Source of the DNA: Candidatus Uhrbacteria bacterium
GTDB lineage: Bacteria; Patescibacteriota; Patescibacteriia; JACPHY01
DNA length: 55,654 nucleotides
Assembly (NCBI GenBank): GCA_016188355.1
Contig: JACPHY010000009.1
Span: forward strand, 1 to 55,654
Direction: 5' to 3'
The notes below the pieces were generated by a model. It worked only from the letters and a program-made list of their open reading frames with translations. It was not told the DNA's origin and made no database searches. This document shows positions 39,091 to 47,017 of the stretch, in pieces (position 1 is the first letter of the stretch; each line of letters begins with the position of its first letter). A program made the translations under genes and the position numbers.

Positions 39091-39429
39091 ATGCCAAAAG
39101 TCATTTGGGTACTCGTCTCATGCCAGACCGAACGTGAAGCAAGGCAAATTGGGAAGGCGGTACTGGCGCAGCGCTTGGCGGCATGTGCGAAATCGTTGGA
39201 TCAGGAGGATACCTGGTATTTTTGGCCGGCGCGCGCTGCGCACCTCACCCATCAGGATGGCGGGGCGCTGCTCGTCCTGGAAACCCTTGCGCCAAAATAT
39301 CGCGCCATTGCCGCACTCGTGCGCAAGCTGCACTCGGACAAACTCCCCTCGGTCGGGTATCTGGAAATCAAGGGCACCAGCAAGGAGCTCCTCGCTTGGA
39401 TACGCGAGTCTCTGCGACCAGCCTCGTAA
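39091..39429 (+). CDS. cutA: CutA1-like divalent-cation tolerance protein
   Basis: 112 aa. VSCQTEREARQIGKAVLAQRLAACAKS...DTWYFW...LVLETL...KLHSDKLPSV follows the CutA1 pattern (LAAC, W..., K/E-T, H.Y..P). Confidence 0.6.
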   Translation: MPKVIWVLVSCQTEREARQIGKAVLAQRLAACAKSLDQEDTWYFWPARAAHLTHQDGGALLVLETLAPKYRAIAALVRKLHSDKLPSVGYLEIKGTSKELLAWIRESLRPAS

Positions 39430-39442
39430 TCGACCGCAACAA

Positions 39443-39475
39443 CAACACCCCCGAGCACAACGCTCGGGGGTGTTG
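39443..39475. terminator. bidirectional 14-bp hairpin between cutA and the ATP-grasp gene
   Basis: caacacccccgagc / gctcgggggtgttg with 5-nt loop, between convergent stops (39429 and 39483). Confidence 0.55.
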
Positions 39476-39482
39476 CGACGCA

Positions 39483-40700
39483 TCATCCACGCCGACGCTC
39501 ATGCCCCTGATCACGGAGCAGTATATCCACCAGGGCGCCCGCTACGTCGCGCGGCGTTCCGTGGGTGGGGGCGTGATGCATATCGATCGATGGCAGCGTG
39601 TTGCATTCAATGACGCCACAACGTTGTGCCCGCCAAGATTGCCGAATCTCCGGAATGATGAAGTCAATCCCCACCAAATCTGCGCCCAGCGTTTCAGCAA
39701 TGCGCACGAAGAGTTCCCGAGTTTCAGCATGGACCACGTCCGTGACGTCTTCGATATCGCACCCGTATCCGAGCGTTACCTTTTCGTGCAGGTCCACACG
39801 TTCTCCGGCAGCGGGGACCGAAGACCACATTTTGCCTTGCGTCCGCAATATCTCGATCGTCGTCTCGTCCCCATGAAACTGGTGATGCGTGGAGCGCACA
39901 TCTCCACGCGCACCGCGACGTGCATCGGCGTTACGTTCCACCAGCAGCTCCGCGATGGTCCGCTTCCCATCTCCCGTCACGCTTGGAGGCAGCCGACGGC
40001 AAACGGCCGCGCACCTTCCCGCAACAATTGTTGCCCGATACACCGCCCCAGGGAGCTGCTCCTCGAGCAGCACCTTCCAATCGAGCATCTGCGCGGACCG
40101 AAATGCGGTCACGAGCGCTCCTTCGTCGCACACGCCGACGGTGGTATGCCGACTCAGGGAACCGCTCCGCGGCTTCACGACGAGCGGATACCTAATTGCC
40201 TGCGCTGCACGCCGTGCATCGCGCACGGTTCGGACCACCCGCCAATGCGGCACCGGGATCCCCGCCTGCGCGAGGCAGTGCTTCACGAGCGCCTTGTCGT
40301 CAATAATACTCTCCCGTATCCGCGTATTACCGCGCGGCAATACTTCCCAATACCGATGCGCCGCTGCTTCGCGCGATGCGCGAAAAATGTGCATGCGCTG
40401 GCCAAGACACCGCAGCCGCTCCACCCGCCATCCCCTGATCTGCACCCGTTCCACCACCAGCCGAATGCGACTAGGCAGCGCTGACGCATCGGTGGATTCC
40501 CAGTGGAGCACCCGCAATCGTTCCCCCATCCATAGGAGCGCGCGGCGCACCGCAACAGCCATCGCGCGCGCTCGCGCGCCACCGGACCGACCCACGCGAT
40601 ACCCAAATCGATCCACAATATCCAATACATCGGTCGTGTAGTTCACGAACCAATCCACCCGATGATTGGTCGGAGAAGGGCCGCAGGCGTCGCAAGACAT
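39483..40700 (-). CDS. stand-alone ATP-grasp ligase resembling the N-terminal/ATP-grasp half of cyanophycin synthetase
   Basis: ATG at 40700, 8 nt after the comF stop (track start 40802 overlaps comF). DKALVKHCLAQAGIPVPHW, YPLVVKPRSGSLSRH, AVYRATIVAGR, PPSVTGDGKRTIAELLVERNADARRG, LVGIDFIIPEI, IECNTLPSIDMHHAPTHG. No Mur-ligase-like domain follows. Confidence 0.65.
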   Translation of the reverse strand: MSCDACGPSPTNHRVDWFVNYTTDVLDIVDRFGYRVGRSGGARARAMAVAVRRALLWMGERLRVLHWESTDASALPSRIRLVVERVQIRGWRVERLRCLGQRMHIFRASREAAAHRYWEVLPRGNTRIRESIIDDKALVKHCLAQAGIPVPHWRVVRTVRDARRAAQAIRYPLVVKPRSGSLSRHTTVGVCDEGALVTAFRSAQMLDWKVLLEEQLPGAVYRATIVAGRCAAVCRRLPPSVTGDGKRTIAELLVERNADARRGARGDVRSTHHQFHGDETTIEILRTQGKMWSSVPAAGERVDLHEKVTLGYGCDIEDVTDVVHAETRELFVRIAETLGADLVGIDFIIPEIRQSWRAQRCGVIECNTLPSIDMHHAPTHGTPRDVAGALVDILLRDQGHERRRG

Positions 40701-40708
40701 ATCAGGAG

Positions 40709-41470
40709 CTACCCTCGCGCAATCGCGAATCCGGAAATGGTTCCGGCCCCCGCGCGACGCAGGGTGCGTGCGGCGGAGGACATTGTTGCGCCGGTGGTAC
40801 ACACGTCATCCACGAGGAGCACCGCGCGTCCGCGTACTGCGTCCGGGCGCTGCACCGTGAAAACATCCGTCATATTTTCGAGTCGCGCCGCGCGCGTTAG
40901 CATCGCCTGCGGCGCCGAACGACGCACACGTACAAGCACCTCGTCGTGCACCGTCCCCCACCCCGCGTCCGCCAGCGCGGCCGCAATCGGCGCACTCTGA
41001 TTGAAACCGCGCTCCAACTCCCGAGACCAGTGGAGCGGGATCGGAATGAGTATCAGATCATGGCCGACAGCCGCCCGCAATGCCGCGTTCGCTGGTCGTG
41101 CACAAAATTCCGCCACCAAGATTGCATATGCCTGCGCCACATCGTGCGCAGGCATATACTTCACCATCTGCACCATCTGCTGTACGCTGGCGACCGCGTA
41201 GGGTGCGATCGAAATCACGTGCTGCAAAGGAAAATCTCGCGCGCACGTCGCGCAGGTCCGTCCGGCAGGCGACGGCCGCTCACAGCGACCGCACACAAAG
41301 CTGCCGCTCACGGGAAGCTGTGCCACGCATGACACGCACCACCACGCACCCTCTACTCCACACGAAAGGCACACCCGCGGCGCGAGCACGTCCGCACACC
41401 ACGAGACAATGGACGAACCCACTCGCCCTGCGCCCGCGGCAAGGCGACCGAGCATACCTACGACTCCCAT
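40709..41470 (-). CDS. comF: ComF-family phosphoribosyltransferase-like competence protein
   Basis: N-terminal double zinc knuckle (CLSCG...CVSC, CGRC...CATC). C-terminal PRTase loop VLLVDDVCTTGATM. The start overlaps the upstream ORF by 13 nt (alternative ATG at 41455). Confidence 0.8.
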   Translation of the reverse strand: MGVVGMLGRLAAGAGRVGSSIVSWCADVLAPRVCLSCGVEGAWWCVSCVAQLPVSGSFVCGRCERPSPAGRTCATCARDFPLQHVISIAPYAVASVQQMVQMVKYMPAHDVAQAYAILVAEFCARPANAALRAAVGHDLILIPIPLHWSRELERGFNQSAPIAAALADAGWGTVHDEVLVRVRRSAPQAMLTRAARLENMTDVFTVQRPDAVRGRAVLLVDDVCTTGATMSSAARTLRRAGAGTISGFAIARG

Positions 41471-42057
41471 TGCGCATCATCGACGCGCCAGCCCTCCGGA
41501 GTCTCCATGAGGTGCACCACTAAAATCTGCGTATTCGTCCGTGCAGCTGCAGTAGCGCGCGTCTCCATGCGCTGCGTCGTGACCCGTGCCGTTGCCGTAC
41601 GCGGCTGCGCATCGTCCGCAAGCATCACTGCCGTTGAAAGCGCAATCGTGGAAGTCGCCCGGAATTCCGCGGCCGCTGCTTGCGCCAGTTGCTGCGCCAC
41701 AAACGATTCCATGCGGCGATGGTATCGCTCCGTCATGAGCGAATAGAGATCGCTAATGTTCACGAATTTCCCTTCACTCGAATATGTCCCGAAGCGCTCC
41801 GCAAAGGTCATGGCAATTTGTCGAATCGCCACATCCGCCGGCGGAGGAGCGGGCGGAGCCTCGACCTGTGGCGCATCGGTCGGTGTTATCACATCCCCTG
41901 AACGAGCGAGTCCACCAACCGCGGTTGCAGGATTCTGCGCAGACGATGCGGGAGGCGTCGGCGATGGTGCCGATTTCTTCCCGAAGAACAATAATGCCAG
42001 CGCGATGAGCGCAAGCAGAATAATCGCCATCAACGCCATCTTCATCCGTCGCTGCAT
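41458..42057 (-). CDS. membrane-anchored hypothetical protein
   Basis: MQRRMKMALMAIILLALIALALLFF anchor, Pro-rich linker, about 120-aa globular C-terminus. 27 nt after the VirB4 stop. Confidence 0.55.
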   Translation of the reverse strand: MQRRMKMALMAIILLALIALALLFFGKKSAPSPTPPASSAQNPATAVGGLARSGDVITPTDAPQVEAPPAPPPADVAIRQIAMTFAERFGTYSSEGKFVNISDLYSLMTERYHRRMESFVAQQLAQAAAAEFRATSTIALSTAVMLADDAQPRTATARVTTQRMETRATAAARTNTQILVVHLMETPEGWRVDDAQWES

Positions 42058-42084
42058 ACGAAAATATCAAAAATCGAGCAACGA

Positions 42085-43986
42085 TCACGCCCGTTCCATG
42101 ACCGGCTGCGCTGCTTCCTTTTCGGTGAGCGAATCTTCGAACGCGCGCTTCGATTCCTCGATCGCGAGCAGCTGCCGGGGGTCGGAGGTGATGAGCTGAT
42201 CCTCGCTGTAGCTCGCCACAATTTTGATGGCGACATGTTTCGCTCCGGCGAAGAAAATCCCCTCTCCGGGACCCGATTCGAGCAGCAGATATTTCTCGCC
42301 CTGCGTGAGCATGAACGTTTTCTGGATGGTGTCGATTGCGGCGGGAGACTGCTTCAGGAGCAATTGAATCGCGGAGTTCGTCACGATCGCCCGCCCGTAT
42401 TGCGACGTCAAGAAATCCTGTACGTCCTGCGTAATCGTGGTCACCCCCAAATAGTACTTACGGCATCGCTTCACGAGCGCGAAGATGAACTTCGCGGAGT
42501 CTTCATGCTGCATGAGCCACCATGCTTCATCCACCACCAATTCGCGACGCTTGCGTTCGGACCGAACGACGTTCCAAATGTAGTTGACGATGGAGTAGAT
42601 GGCAATCGGCTTCAATTCATCCTCAAGATCACGCACGGAGAAAATGACGAGCTGGTTACGCATCTGAACGTTCGTCGGCGCGTTGAGGAGACCCGAGAAC
42701 GTTCCTTCCGTAAACTTCTTCAACCGTTCCGCGAGCGGCAATCCCCCGACCATGCCATCGAGAATCTGCTGCAGGTCCTGGAGAATCGGCATGTCGCGCT
42801 CCGTGAGCACGGAGAGATTGCTCGCGGGAGTAATGTCCTTCTTTGCGTAACATTCGAGCAGCGCGCGATCAATGACCGCATCTTCCTGCGTTGTGAACGG
42901 GCCGATCATGATCTTCAGCAACCCCTTCACGGTAATCACGGCAGTACGGATGATATCTTCCGCCGCAACCTCCTCCCCCCCTCCTCCCACGGGTCGCGGA
43001 AGATCAAACGGATTCACCTTTGCATCCGAAGAAAGGGACACGTTAATGTACGTCCCCCCCACCGCGTCGGAAAGGTGCTTATATTCCATCTCTGGATCGA
43101 TCACGATCACGTCCACGCCCATCATGAGCGCACGCAACACCTCCAACTTCACCGCGTAGCTCTTCCCCGCACCGGAAGTTGCGAACACGACCATGTTCGC
43201 GTTCTGCAAACTGAACCGATCGAAGAGGATTAAGCTGTTATTGTGCCGATTGATGCCGTAGAGGACGCCATCATTCGACGTCAACTCGGAGGAAATGAAC
43301 GGGAACGACGATGCACAGGGGGACGAATTCATGTTGAACGACACCATGAGCTCGTCATTATTGAGCGGCAGCGTCGAATTGAACCCCTGCTCTGCCTGGA
43401 AATACACCCGCTTACTATATACGAGCTTCGTCCCGAGGAGCTGCTCAATTTCATCCGATGCCTTATCGAGCTCCTCTTTCGATTTCGCGTATACGGAAAC
43501 GTAGAGCGCGTACTGAAAAAACTTTTCCGTTCCTTGGGAGAGATCATCGCGAAGCTGCTCAATATCCCGAAGCGCGGTTTCCCGAATCGGATCGCGCGGC
43601 GCCCCCTTCTCCTGATCCGACAAAATCTGCGCCTCGAGCGCACCCACTTTTTTGCGCAGCTGCTTCAGGATAATGCCCGTCTTCACGGGGTAAAAATACA
43701 TCGACACGTCGACCATCTTATTGATGTTGATGATCGGCGCAAACCAGCCCACGTTGATATATCGCGGGTAATCGATCACGAACAACGTGCGCACAAACAA
43801 TCCCCCGAGCTGGAGATAATCCGGCGTCACCTGAAATGCAGCAGGGGCAATGAGATCGCGTACGGAGACGATACCACTGCGGTAGATGCGCTCTTCTTCG
43901 AGGACAATGCGCTCCTCTTCCGTGCGCAATGCCGTCTCGGATGGTTTCGCGTTCGCGCGTTCGAGTTGTCGAGGGTCGATCGCCAT
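42085..43986 (-). CDS. virB4: VirB4/TrbE-family type IV secretion ATPase
   Basis: ATG at 43986 (track start is TTG 43992). DYPRYINVGWF block; Walker A VVFATSGAGKSYAVK; Walker B ELVVDEAWWLM; GVTTITQD. Confidence 0.85.
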   Translation of the reverse strand: MAIDPRQLERANAKPSETALRTEEERIVLEEERIYRSGIVSVRDLIAPAAFQVTPDYLQLGGLFVRTLFVIDYPRYINVGWFAPIININKMVDVSMYFYPVKTGIILKQLRKKVGALEAQILSDQEKGAPRDPIRETALRDIEQLRDDLSQGTEKFFQYALYVSVYAKSKEELDKASDEIEQLLGTKLVYSKRVYFQAEQGFNSTLPLNNDELMVSFNMNSSPCASSFPFISSELTSNDGVLYGINRHNNSLILFDRFSLQNANMVVFATSGAGKSYAVKLEVLRALMMGVDVIVIDPEMEYKHLSDAVGGTYINVSLSSDAKVNPFDLPRPVGGGGEEVAAEDIIRTAVITVKGLLKIMIGPFTTQEDAVIDRALLECYAKKDITPASNLSVLTERDMPILQDLQQILDGMVGGLPLAERLKKFTEGTFSGLLNAPTNVQMRNQLVIFSVRDLEDELKPIAIYSIVNYIWNVVRSERKRRELVVDEAWWLMQHEDSAKFIFALVKRCRKYYLGVTTITQDVQDFLTSQYGRAIVTNSAIQLLLKQSPAAIDTIQKTFMLTQGEKYLLLESGPGEGIFFAGAKHVAIKIVASYSEDQLITSDPRQLLAIEESKRAFEDSLTEKEAAQPVMERA

Positions 43987-43999
43987 ACACAAATACCGA

Positions 44000-44662
44000 T
44001 CACGATTCTACCTGCAGCTCCTTGAGCTCCACGAGTTTCTCGTTGGTTGCGGTGATGGGATTGTATAACCGGTAGAACAACTCCATGAGCGCCTGCGTGT
44101 CGAGAATCACACTCTTCAGACCCATGGACTGCAATGCCCCCGCTATCGCATTCACGCGCTGAAAGAGTTGTTCCCGACGATCCGTGAACATTTTCCCCTG
44201 CAACCGCAGACGTTTCGCGGGAGAGAATGCCTCCCCCAATCGATCAAAGAAGCTTTTCCGCCGATCCGTGAAGGGACTGTACATGACCACCACGTAAAAG
44301 GACTTGGTCATGATGTCCCCGAGGCTCACCAGCTCTCCGACGAATTTACGATATTCCGCCATTTGTACCTTCAGCAGCTCATTCGGCTGCGATTTCTCGA
44401 GATCCCGTAATTTGGTGAGATAGGGGTCAATGTCGAGATGACGTGAATGGATGACGATCTGGAGCGGCACGTCGAGCGTATTCAAAAATTGCACGTACTG
44501 CGCAATGACCGCCTCCTGCTCCTCTTCGGATTTCAGGGCGAAGTTGATGCTGGACACTGCGAGCACCGCACGCAGCGTACCATCGTTCATGATCACCGTA
44601 TCTTCGCGGATTTCCGCGATGTCGAGGTACCGCTGTGTGGCAGGATGTGCGGATTTCGCCAT
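44000..44662 (-). CDS. T4SS-associated protein resembling the N-terminal domain of long VirB4/TrbE proteins
   Basis: YLDIAEIREDTVIMNDGTLRAVLAVSSINFALKSEEEQEAVIAQYVQFLNTLDVPLQIVIHSR resembles the VirB4 N-domain pattern (D.v...dG.l..v..v.g..f.l.s..E......f...l......q). 13 nt upstream of virB4 and 5 nt after the prgI-like stop. Confidence 0.5.
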   Translation of the reverse strand: MAKSAHPATQRYLDIAEIREDTVIMNDGTLRAVLAVSSINFALKSEEEQEAVIAQYVQFLNTLDVPLQIVIHSRHLDIDPYLTKLRDLEKSQPNELLKVQMAEYRKFVGELVSLGDIMTKSFYVVVMYSPFTDRRKSFFDRLGEAFSPAKRLRLQGKMFTDRREQLFQRVNAIAGALQSMGLKSVILDTQALMELFYRLYNPITATNEKLVELKELQVES

Positions 44663-44667
44663 ATTCC

Positions 44668-45111
44668 TCAGCGTGCAGTACCGATATCATCCGGACGGAA
44701 GACCCCGCCCGTATTGACCACCAATGCAAGCTCCTGCAACTTCGTGGCACTCGGCGGCGCCTTCGTGGCTGGCGGTGCCGCTGTCTTCACGTTGACCGAT
44801 TTCCCCAATTCCCGAAGCTCGCTATCCGTGAGCGTCTTATCCCAAATCTTGAGTTTCGGTCGCCGCTGCGTCTGAATGAGATTCAAGAGAAAAAAATGAA
44901 ACGGCATGCCATTCACCCGATAAAACGCGAGGATACCGCCAAATGCGAGCAGCAATAACCCCACAAAAGCGAAAATCCAGAACGAGAGCAACTTGAAGAG
45001 CACGAAATCCAACACCCCCGTAGCCAACAGGATGATAAACTGCCGAGTCGTAATCGGCCCGAAGATCTTATCCTCCACGTCGATGAACTGGGGAACCATG
45101 AACTGATGCAT
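44668..45111 (-). CDS. PrgI/VirB3-like small T4SS membrane protein
   Basis: MVPQFIDVEDKIFGPITTRQFIILLATGVL followed by a second TM helix, the characteristic PrgI-family N-terminus; 147 aa. Confidence 0.7.
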   Translation of the reverse strand: MHQFMVPQFIDVEDKIFGPITTRQFIILLATGVLDFVLFKLLSFWIFAFVGLLLLAFGGILAFYRVNGMPFHFFLLNLIQTQRRPKLKIWDKTLTDSELRELGKSVNVKTAAPPATKAPPSATKLQELALVVNTGGVFRPDDIGTAR

Positions 45112-45148
45112 GTGGATATTCTACCACAGTCACTGCGCGCGTTCTCCC

Positions 45149-47005
45149 CTAGACCCGCAGTGCGCGATTCATGTTGCCGATTTCCTGGAGCTCTTCCACG
45201 GTCAATGAGGATGGATCTCCTCCATGGCGCGCGTTCGCTTCTTCGGCGAGTGTATGCTTCGCCGTCAGCGCCGCATTCAAAATATCCGCGTAGAGGAGGA
45301 AGAGCGGGCTCATCCGAAGCGCGCGAATGCCTTCCGCACGTTTCGTGTTGCCGTCTTTTTCAAGGAGCGCGATTTTCTCGATGATTTTTTGCGCCGCCGC
45401 ACTGGGCGTTTTCGCAATCTTACGCAAGTCGCTCACCGTGAGGCGACTCAACTCTTCGATCGGCCCCACCAGTCGCGGCGGGACCGCACGAATCTCCTGC
45501 ACTTTCGGACGGCCGGAAGCCGTGACCGTGGGGACCGCGGCCATTCCGCTCATGGGAGGACGATAGGAGGGAGGCGCAACCACCGGAGCAGGAGGAACAA
45601 TGGGTCGCGGTACCGAAACGATAGGAGGCGCTGCTACGGGCGGAGCAACCGGAGGCGGAGGTGGCGGCTCCGGGACGGGCATGACCGCGGGCACCATCGA
45701 CCCAGGAGGCGCCATCGGAGGTGCGGGCGGTGGCGGAGGAGGCGGAGGCGGAGCAGATGCTACTGTGGGCGGCTGTTGCACTTCCGCGGGAGGGCGACCA
45801 CGCAGGGTCGCCCCTACGTCCTTCCGGGGATTGCCGATGGGCAATGGAGGAGATGGCGGAGTGAAGGGCGCAGGTGCCACCGAAACCACTGGCAACGCCG
45901 CTGGAGGTGACACCATGGCACGCTCTGGTGCGGGTTCTGGCACGGATGGCGAAGGCGCGCTTCTCGTGAGCCGCAATTCCGGGATAGGAGTAGTCGGTGC
46001 GGGTTCAACAACAGCGGCCTCCTGCGCAACTGCAACGACCGGCAATCCCGGCGGCGGCTCATGAATCGGCTTCCCCTTTGACGCATGCACCCCACGCACC
46101 GCGCGCGCCTCCTCTTCCAAAATCTTCATTACCTGATCCACGTACTGCGACGGAATCCCCAATCCTCCCTCCGGCTTCGGACGCACCAGCAGATCACGCG
46201 TCTCCCGATTGCTCCGCACACCACGAATCCCCGCCTCGACCGTCTTCCGGAACCGCTGCTCCGCCTCGGCGCTCTTAAAACGCGCGCCGGTACGCTGGAG
46301 CACCCGATCCACCGCAGCCGTAATCGCCGCACGGCTCGCCGATTCCTCCACCTGCACCGTCGTCACCTCCTCCACCTCTGCACGCGTGAGCAATGTCTCA
46401 TCCCCCGCTGCTTTTAGCGGTTCAATGGTTTCCAGCAGCTGCGGAGTCGCATCATCAGGCACCAATGTGGCTCCGTGATACTTCCGCAAAATCCGAAGCA
46501 CGGCATCCGTATGATCATCGGAAAGCTCGGCCCCTCCAATTTTCACCGATCGATGCAAAAACTCATTCGTTTCCATCTCATCCCGCACCTCTCGCAAATA
46601 CAGTCCCACCGCATGTCGGATGCGTTCCTCCACGCGTCCACTCATCATCTCCACTGGGATCACGTCACCAATTTCTCGCATGACCTCAGCCAATCGCACA
46701 ACCGGAGGCACCGCCGTAGGATCGATCTTCTGTATCACGTTTGCCAACATGCGTCGCAATACCGCATCGGCAATCTCGCGCGCCCGTGACAGTTCAATGC
46801 CTTGCGATACCAACTCCACAGGAAAATCCGACCACCGCATTTCCCCGCACGCAAAACGAACCAACGGCGTCATCAATGATACCCCAAAATCCTCTTCGAT
46901 CTCCTCCATCTGTTCGATTGCCTGAGGACCAGTAATCGCCGCCTGAACTTCTACAGGCAACAATCGAAATTTTTGAAAATCGATAGTGGTGGGTGCCGTC
47001 GTCAT
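45149..47005 (-). CDS. proline-rich hypothetical protein (about 200-aa poly-Pro/Ala-Pro core)
   Basis: 618 aa. Helical N- and C-terminal domains flank PPPPPPPPPAPPMAPPGS..PPPPPVAPPVAAPP. Embedded in the T4SS-like operon with 12-nt and 37-nt gaps. Confidence 0.65.
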   Translation of the reverse strand: MTTAPTTIDFQKFRLLPVEVQAAITGPQAIEQMEEIEEDFGVSLMTPLVRFACGEMRWSDFPVELVSQGIELSRAREIADAVLRRMLANVIQKIDPTAVPPVVRLAEVMREIGDVIPVEMMSGRVEERIRHAVGLYLREVRDEMETNEFLHRSVKIGGAELSDDHTDAVLRILRKYHGATLVPDDATPQLLETIEPLKAAGDETLLTRAEVEEVTTVQVEESASRAAITAAVDRVLQRTGARFKSAEAEQRFRKTVEAGIRGVRSNRETRDLLVRPKPEGGLGIPSQYVDQVMKILEEEARAVRGVHASKGKPIHEPPPGLPVVAVAQEAAVVEPAPTTPIPELRLTRSAPSPSVPEPAPERAMVSPPAALPVVSVAPAPFTPPSPPLPIGNPRKDVGATLRGRPPAEVQQPPTVASAPPPPPPPPPAPPMAPPGSMVPAVMPVPEPPPPPPVAPPVAAPPIVSVPRPIVPPAPVVAPPSYRPPMSGMAAVPTVTASGRPKVQEIRAVPPRLVGPIEELSRLTVSDLRKIAKTPSAAAQKIIEKIALLEKDGNTKRAEGIRALRMSPLFLLYADILNAALTAKHTLAEEANARHGGDPSSLTVEELQEIGNMNRALRV

Positions 47006-47017
47006 ACCACATTCCCA

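Noticed and set aside
4834-39475. Two terminator hairpins (4834-4865 and 39443-39475) share CAACACCC...GGGTGTTG arms, which might indicate a REP-like dispersed element.
   Set aside because: There are only two copies in 55 kb. The shared part is 8 nt of GC-rich stem and the loops and flanks differ. This is insufficient to call a repeat family without a genome-wide count.
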